Source: Squalus acanthias (lineage: Eukaryota). Taken from it: DNA of 64,000 bases. Made by a program: the position numbers and the translations under genes. Position 1 is the stretch's first letter. The number at the start of each line of letters is the position of its first letter. Below, one piece after another: positions 50,201-59,200 of the stretch. The notes under the pieces are model-generated. The model did no database searches, was not told the origin of the DNA, and was given only the letters and a program-made list of their open reading frames with translations. The stretch lies in contig CM059448.1 of NCBI GenBank assembly GCA_030390025.1, positions 22,692,001 to 22,756,000 of the forward strand. The letters are read 5' to 3'.

Positions 50201-53200
50201 GGTAAAAGCAAGCCTTACGCCTGCTTTTACCAGGCGCAAGAATTGGAAGTGTTTTCTGCAGAGGTCCTGCTCCAGGGCAGCCAGAGGATCTGTCAAGAGC
50301 TTTCTTGACAGATCGGAAATGACAGTTACCAGCACATGCGCCGTGCATGCCTAAAACCGGCATTTCCGTTGGCCCGACGGGTGAGTACACACCCCTAGGG
50401 AACGGAATTTCTGCCCCATTGTTTCTATTATTTTATATAGTATTAGAGTAAGGCCAATGAGCCTGCAGTTAGTTGAGTTCTATCTGGCCACCTTATAAAA
50501 TACCGGTAGCAAGTTTGCTCACTTCCAAACCTGCATAACTTCTCCCCTACTTAACATTGCCTTCCATCTGAAAAAAAAGTTACCTACGAATTCACTACTT
50601 TCCATTCAATTATTCCAACCTGCAACTTAATTATAAATTGGGAATGTTTGGAATCATTCGTTCCAGGATTACCCTGGTTATAAAGGTTTAACCACACATT
50701 TGGACTGCAAGAGCACAATATGAAAATGACAGCACTTCCTAAACATAGGACATAACATTTGATAGTATGCAGTCTACTTCTCAAATGAAAAGTTGCTTCA
50801 TTCAAATTTTTAAGCACTAAATTCCCAACGTGTTATTTATATTACTTAGCTTGTTACTGGACAAATTAAATTATTTTAGCATAAAAACTTTGAATTCTGT
50901 AGTTAATTCAGCATTAAAACACCAAGCACCAAGATGTCCACTTCAAGAATCCACAACTGTGCCCGTCTTGCTAAAGACTAAATCGATTTAGCACTGATTA
51001 AGTTGATAAATGATCAAAGCAACTTCAAGTCTAGAAAATTTAGTAGTGAGGACACTGACCAAGCCCAGAAAGGTACCAGATTATCACAGCTAAGCCAGAT
51101 CGTGGACACCAACATCTACTTGCATGCACTTTCTGCAAGTGTTCGTGGCTCTTGATCAGGAGCAGAAAGCCTGGCCAATTCTCCCATCCTCATCTTAATG
51201 CCAGAGGCTAATTAGTGTCCCTATGCCACACTGGCTGAGATCTGCCAACCTGTGCATGTCAGAGATTGAACCTGGGATTTCCTGTTCAGTATGGCTCATT
51301 TCCACACTTACTTGTAGAAAACCAGACAAACCTTCATTGAGCTCTTTAGATCAAAGTCATAAGTGACTTGCCAGGTAGCCTAATAAAGGCAGAATAACCT
51401 TAATCTGAAGCAATTCATAAAAAGGTTTTCAACAAGCATTTCCTTCATCAAATCAGGCCTACCTGCTTAAACAATACCACCTGGCCTCAAAGACAGTGCT
51501 GCATCTTTTTCAGCCACAAACACAAAAACTACCCTATCAAATATACTCAGTCACTATTTTATTAAAAGATTCAGGCGTAAACAAAACAGAGCCACTCTTA
51601 GGAGCAAGGGTATGTTTGAAGGAGTGCATCTCATTCAACCCAAGGAGTGGGTTACCTGGTCATTCTGAAAAGACAGGTAGAGGAACATGAAATGCCATCC
51701 TAATCACATGGTTTAATCTTCATATACTGTCATCTACACTTGGAACTAAATTGGGGGGGAGGGGGTGGGCAGGCAGGGGAAGGAGTTCAGCAGAAAGGAA
51801 ACTGTCTCCAATAGGCTACATAACTATGGCATTAAGCCAGAATCACACCATTTCCCCACCATAAAATCGCAAACATCTCTGCTACAATGCAAGCACAAAC
51901 ATGAGCCGCAATGGGTCAGAAATTTCAGGATGTAAGCTAGGATCTTTGCAGCATAATCTTTATGGCGAACAAATTTTTTTCCCCTAGAGTTTAAAGGAGC
52001 TCAGTAACACCATTAACAAATTACAATTACACAGCTAACTGAAGCAGTGAAACAACCATAATGCTCGACACTTCCTGGCCAGCCCAGGAATGAGGTGACC
52101 AAACCATTGAATGTTGAGAATCTCTATCACGAGTGCAATGGGCTGACAAAGCCATACAAGTAATCACTAACATTACATGCTTTTACTGTAGCAACAAAAA
52201 TCACAAACATGCCATAGTAACCGATAGTGCTGCTCTTACCATGTACACAAGCACAGTAAAAAAAAGTTTAAATATCATACCTTGAAGAAAATGTAAAATA
52301 CTGCAGACGCTGAAAATCTCACCAGAAAATCCTGGAAACACTCAGGTCAGGTAGTAAATGTGGAGAAACATGGAGATAACACTTCAGGTTGATTGATGCA
52401 AGGTGATCAACCTGAAGCATTAACCCCATGTTTCTCTCCACAAATACTACCTGACCTGCTGACTATTTCTAGCAGTTTCTGCTTATACTTCAAAGATTTG
52501 ACTTGATGGGAAAAGATGTTACATGAAGGCGGCACTTTTGACAATGCTGATTTTCAAAAACCATGTATTATCACTACAATTAACACTCCTAAATCTAGCT
52601 TCTTAGACATAAACCACCAATAGCAGCATGGACAAAAAAAACCTTCACCTTTGATTTTGTCTGGGTTATAGGTTCGCCTCTTATCCCACTCCATTTATTT
52701 TGTGAAAAAGATGGCCAGAAATGTACTGGGGGGGGGGGAATGCACCCATCAGTGACCACAAGGACCTACAAAACACGTGACACTAGATTTCAAAGTCAAT
52801 TCATTGTTTGTGAAGTGCATTGGGACATCCTAAAGAAGTGTACAGTGCTATATAAATGCACATTCCTTATTTAAAGAAATACACTGCATCTGAACTATTC
52901 AGATAGGGAGATGCCAGGTCCAATTCATAGCCTGCAATCAGTTAGCTAATCTCAACAGACCTGCTGCTGTAAACGTAACTAGCCTCAATGAAAATCAGGC
53001 CTCCTGCGTCCTCCAATGGCTACCACCATTATTAAAGGAGACAGTAACGGGACATTTGGATAATCATAATTTAATAGGACAAAGTCAGCATGGTTTTATG
53101 AAGGGGAAGTCATGTTTGACAAATTTGCTGGAGTTCTTTGAGGAAGTAACACACAGGGTGGATAAAGGGGAACCAGTGGATGTGGTGTATTTAGACTTCC

Positions 53201-56200
53201 AAAAGGCATTTGACAAGGTGCCACACAAAAGATTATTGCTTAAGATAAAAAATCACGGGATTGGGGGTAATATTCTGGCATGGATAGAGGATTGGCTATC
53301 TAACAGAAGGCAGAGAGTTGGGATAAATGGTTCATTCTCAGACTGGCAATCAGTAACTAGTGGTGTTCCGCAGGGGTCAGTGCTGGGTCCCCAACTCTTT
53401 ACAATCTATATTAACGATTTGGAGGAGGGGACCGAGTGTAACATATCAAAGTTTGCAGATGATACTAAGATGGGAGGGAAAGTAGTGAGTGAGGAGGACA
53501 TAAAAAATCTGCAAGGGGACATAGACAGGCTAAGTAAGTGGGCAGAGATTTGGCAGATGGAATACAATACTGGAAAGTGTGAGGTTATGCACTTTGGCAG
53601 GAAAAATAGTAGAGCAAATTATCATCTTAATGGCAAGAAACTGGAAAGTACTGAAGTACAAAGGGATCTGGGGGTCCTGGTGCACGAAACTCAAAAAGGT
53701 TAGTATGCAGGTGCAGCAAGTGATTAAGAAGGCCAATGGAATGTTGGCTTTCATTGCTAGGGGGATAGAATATAAAAATAGGGAGGTATTGCTTCAGTTG
53801 TACAAGGTATTGGTGAGACCGCACCTGGAATACTGCATACAGTTTTGGTGTCCATACTTAAGAAAAGACATACTTGCTCTCGAGTCAGTACAAAGAAGGT
53901 TCACTCTGTTAATCCCGGGGATGAGGGGATGGACATATGAGGAGAGGTTGGGTAGATTGGGACTCTACTCATTGGAGTTCAGAAGAATGAGAGGCGATCT
54001 TATTGAAACATATAAGATTGTGAAGGGGTTGGATCGGGTGGATGCGGGGAGGATGTTCCCGATGATGGGTGAAACTAGAACTAGGGGGCATAGTCTTAGA
54101 ATAAGGGGCTGCTCTTTCAAAACTGAGATGAGAAGGAACTACTTCACTCAGAGGGTGGTAGGTCCATGGAATATGCTGCCCCAAAAAGCTGTAGAAGCTA
54201 CATCATTACATAAATTTAAAACAGAAAGAGACAGTTTCCTAGAAGTAAAGGGAATTAAGGGTTACAGGGAGCGGGCAGGAATTTGGACATGAGTCTAGGT
54301 TCGGATCGGTCATGGCCCTGTGGGTAGCGTAGCGGGCCCAGGGGCCGTGTAGCCTGATCCTGCTCCTATTAAATGTGTCCAATTCTGTTAGGTTCAGGAG
54401 ATGGTTCTGTTATAGTAGATTGGCGGTTAGGATCAGAGCAGCCATGATCTTATTGAATGGCGGAACAGGCTCGAGGGGCCAATTGGCCTACTCCTGCTCC
54501 TATTTCTTATGTTCTTATGTACTACAGGTGCATGTGTGGACATTGGCAGATTGACAGATCAGGCTCAGATTCAATTATCTCCCCAACCCCACTTTAGACT
54601 CAACATGAAGCTTTGATAAGGTACTAGACAGCTACATGCACCCAAGGAATAAGCACAACACTACAACTTCTTGACAAGGGAAAAAATATTGCATATACAG
54701 TTTTATGTTGGAGTTTAAGCTTGGCAGTTTCCTACTTTTCTATGCTCCTTAAAGAACTTATCAAATGGTTTAGTAAATTTATTCTACGAGTAGTTGAGTC
54801 ACAATCTACTAAAATTCCTGGCTCAATCAATGTTGTATGCCAAGTTAAGGGAAAAACTAACCACAGTTTCTGCTCCCAATTGCTATCTAGTAACCTCTGC
54901 TGGCATAGCACAGTAGACAAGGTAGAATCAAGCTCAGTCTCAATACACAGCGCAGTCAAATAACTTGCTGATACTCAGTAATGGCTCATACTTGCACGGC
55001 CATTTAGGAGTTAATGAAAGGAAAGGAGGAGAAAACTGGCAAGAAACAAACTCAAAACCAGAAGAGTCACATACTGTTCTATTTCACAGTCCTATTTGCA
55101 TATGCAGAACCAAATTTCCTGTGATCTTAAACTTACACGCTTATGCATACTGTGAATGGAAGCAACATGCCACAGGATTAACAATTACACTTTTACTGCA
55201 ATACCTTGCACAGTTGCCCACTATGTACTTCTAATCAATAATAAAAAAGCCAGAAAATACCAACCTGATCAATCATAAAATTTATAATTACAGAAACATG
55301 TATGGCTCAGCACTGCATCAGGCATTTCATTTAAGCACTGAGCTAGATTTCCATTATTTTGTGAAGATAAGTTTTTTTTGGCAAGCCAAGATGTGGGGTT
55401 TCTGCAGCTCTATTGATAAGTGCAGAAACACTTATTGTACAAAAGATAAACCAAGGCAACAGAAACATTTTATTCAAGGTTTCAGAAAAAACAAACCCAA
55501 AGGATGGTCTGCTCATCCGAAGGCAGAGACCAATCCATCGTAAGTATAAATAAAGCTGCTGGTAGTTTATACCTGTGGCACATTTAGTAATTTGCATATA
55601 ATTCCCACGGTCAAAAGTTACATTTAGTCCGACTGCAAAATACAATGGTAAAATCGTCACCGTCAAACTAGGCAGCATTAGTAGAATGCAAGTAGCCTGT
55701 CTGTACTCAATGCTGTTCCATAAACTTGTGACTCACTATACTATCTCTTGTAGTCCAGACATCACAAGACATCAATAGGTATGGCAGTTGTCACATCAAG
55801 GTCTTTAACTCCACTCACTAGATTTTCTATATTACTACTTTGCGCCTCCAAGCTGTAGTGCTTGGATCAGTTAACTTGGACCTGGAATTGCATCCAAATG
55901 TTTTCGGTCGGTACAGTTTACAGCTACACTGGGTGATGCTTACTGTCCAACATATGGGGAAACTCTGACATTGCCCATATCTAATCTGTCTTTGAGCGTC
56001 ATTGATTTACAGTAATTGAATAAGCTAAATTCCATTTTTATTCTTTGGGATGCTGATCCAAGCATTACAGCGGTTGGAGCAGAAATGGCCTCACTGCCCC
56101 TGTACTTCGAGGAGGGCAGGGTAACAGCAAGAGTTCCCAGAACTGATAATGATGCAATGACTTGAGTGGATAATACAAAGGCCGAGGCATTGGGCAGAAA

Positions 56201-59200
56201 CAGAATTGGCTACAATGTCCATGATCAAATAGCACATCAAGAACCAACATCTAGGGTCATACAAAGAATGACCACTTGGGTGAGAAATCTGCCAGCACCC
56301 ATGCACTGTAGAGAGAGAAGAACATTACAATGATATGGGCAATGTCAACTAAATGCTATACTACATAAGCACCACAGCACATCAGGTGGAATACTTAAAT
56401 CAGTCTTATATATTTGTAAAATAATAAAGCTACAGAATGTTTCCCTCCCTCATACAGTAATGACATCACAATAATTAATCCAATGAGATCAACCAACACA
56501 AAGCATATTGGTATCTGCAGTAATCACAAAAGGCAGATGCAACCGAATAAAAACCACTGGATAATACAAATTTTAAAAAGTGTATACTTTGGGGAGGGCA
56601 GTATAATTTAGTAGTAGCATTTATTGAAATCAAAACTCAAGCTCAACTTCCATAGTTTAAAATATTAGAAACCACAAAGCTAATATATAAACTTGTAATC
56701 AGTACCAGTCATCTACTATATCTTTAAATCATAAAAACAGAGACAAAACAGCACAGCCTGGAGATCAACCTAGTGTGCATTTACAAAAGTACTGAGCTAT
56801 GAAGTGGTTTGCACCTGGAGTTCCCATTTAATCTGCCTATCGGGGAAGGGAGCCCACCTTCCATGTAATGTGTCACGTCGCTTGCTCTGGGATCATGCAC
56901 AACACAACCTAGACAAACATTCATTTTGCCCTTTCAGTCCTCAGGAGGTTCCAAATGACTTCATAGCCAATTAAATATTTTTGAAGTATAGTCAACTGTT
57001 TTGTTGGCAAATACAGTAGCCAAGCTTGTGCACGGCAAGCTTCCACAAGCAAGAGAAGCTAATGAACCAGTTAATCTGCTTTGGTGGTGATGGGTGAACT
57101 TTAAATGTTGGCCAGGGCACCAGAAGAACTGCCTGGCTCCTTTCCAAATAGCACCATGGGCTCCTATAAATCCAGCTGAACAGGTAGGCAGGACATCAGA
57201 TTAACATCTCATCTGAAAGGCAGCACCTCTGAAAATGCAGTATTCCCCAGTATTACACAATCCCCTCCATTACAAACACCACCTACTTCAACCTCTAACA
57301 TTACTCATCTCCGCCCTGCCTCAGCCCACCTGTTGCTGAAATGCTCATCCATGCTTTTGTCAGCTCTAGACTCGACTATTCCAATGCTCTCCTGGCTGGC
57401 CGCCTATTCTCCACCCTCCATAAACTTGAGCTCATCCAAAACTCTGCTGCCTATATCCTAACCCGCACGATGTCCTGCTAACCATACTGACCTACATTAG
57501 CACCCGGTTCACCAATGCCTCAAAATCTAAAATTTTCCATCTACCTCCATATTGCTAACTTCCTCCAGCACACGGTGTTCCTCCAACTCTGGCCTCTTGT
57601 GCATCCCCACTCCCTTCACTCCACTATCGGTGGCGATGCCCAAGCTCAAAGTTCTGGAATCCCCTCCTTAAACCTCTCCTCCTCCTCCTCCTCCAAGACC
57701 ATTCTCTGACCAAGCTATTAATCACCCCTCCTAATATCTCCTTCTTTAGCTCGGTGTGAATTTTTGTCTGATTAAGTTTCTATGAAGCGCCTTGGGATGT
57801 TTTCCTACGTTCCTTTCTCCTCTATCCAGTCGTAGCCAGAGAATCACCTGCAAAGGCTTCTCTTATCGCTCCAGCACCGTTACCTCTGGCATCCGCCAAG
57901 GATCGATCCTTGGCCCCCTCCTATTTCTCATCTACATGCTGCCCCTCAGCAACATCATCTGAAAACTGTCAGTTTTCACATGCACGCCAATGACACCCAG
58001 GTCCATCTCACCACCACTTCTCTTGACCCCTCCTCTGTCTCTAAATTGTCACATTGCTTGTCCGACATCCAGTACTAGATGAGCAGAAATTTCTTCCAAC
58101 TAAATATTGGGAAGACGAAAGCCATTGCCTTCGCCCGCCACAAACTCCCTAGCCACCGGCTCCATCCTTCTCCCTGGTAACTATCTGAGGCTGAACCAGA
58201 CTGTTCACAACCTTGGTGTCATTTTACCGAGTCAAGCTTCCAACCACATATCCACGCCATCACCAAGACCGCCTATTGCTACCTATGTAATATCACCCGA
58301 CTCCACCCCTGCCTCAGCTCATCTGCTGCTGAATATCTCATCCGTGCCTTTGTTACCCCTAGACTATTCCAACGCACTCCTAGCCGGCCTCCCATTTTAT
58401 GCTCTACACTTAGTCATCCAAAACTCTGCTGCCCATGTCCTAACTCGGAGCAAGTCCCGCTCACCCATCACCCCTGTGCTCGCTGACCTACATTGGCTCC
58501 AGGTTAAGTAATGCCTTGAATTTAAAATTCTCATCCTTGGTTTTCAAATCCCTACATGGCCTCACCCCTCCCTAACTAATCTCCTCCAGTCTTACAACCC
58601 TCCGAGATATCTGGCTCCTCCAACTCTGGCCTTGAGCATCCACTCTTGCAATCGCTCCACCACCGACGATCGTGTCTTCAGCTGCCTAGGCCCTAAGCTC
58701 TGGAACTCCTTCCCTAAACCTCGCCGCCTCTCTACCTCCTTGAAGTCGTTCCTTAAAATATACCTCTGACCAAGCCTTTGGTCATCTGCTCCAATATCTC
58801 CTTTTGTGGCTGAGTGTCAAATTTTGTTTGATAACGGTCCTGTGAAGTGCCTTGGGACATTTTACGATGTTAAAGGCACTATATAAATACAAGTTGTTGT
58901 TGCTAAAGGCTCTATATAAATGCAAGTAGCTGTTCTTATTGAAGTGTCAGCCTAGATTACGTGCTCAAGTCTTGGACTCATAACCTACCCAAGTGTTAGC
59001 ACTAAACCAAGCTAACAAAAACGGTGCAAAGTTTCAAATAGCTTTGATAATTAAAATCTAAAAGGCTATGCCTCAGACATCAGAAGACTTCTCCAGAGCT
59101 AGAAGATCCTAAATCAGAGCAGCAGTGAGAGCATTACTGGCCTCAATTTGGGAAGGCAAAGTTTATTTGAAAAAAGGTTTGAGTTCCCATATCTGACTAC

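Noticed and set aside
49550-50390. Several overlapping ORFs up to 162 aa
   Set aside because: They lie in the GC-rich arms of a non-autonomous TIR element and show no transposase motifs.
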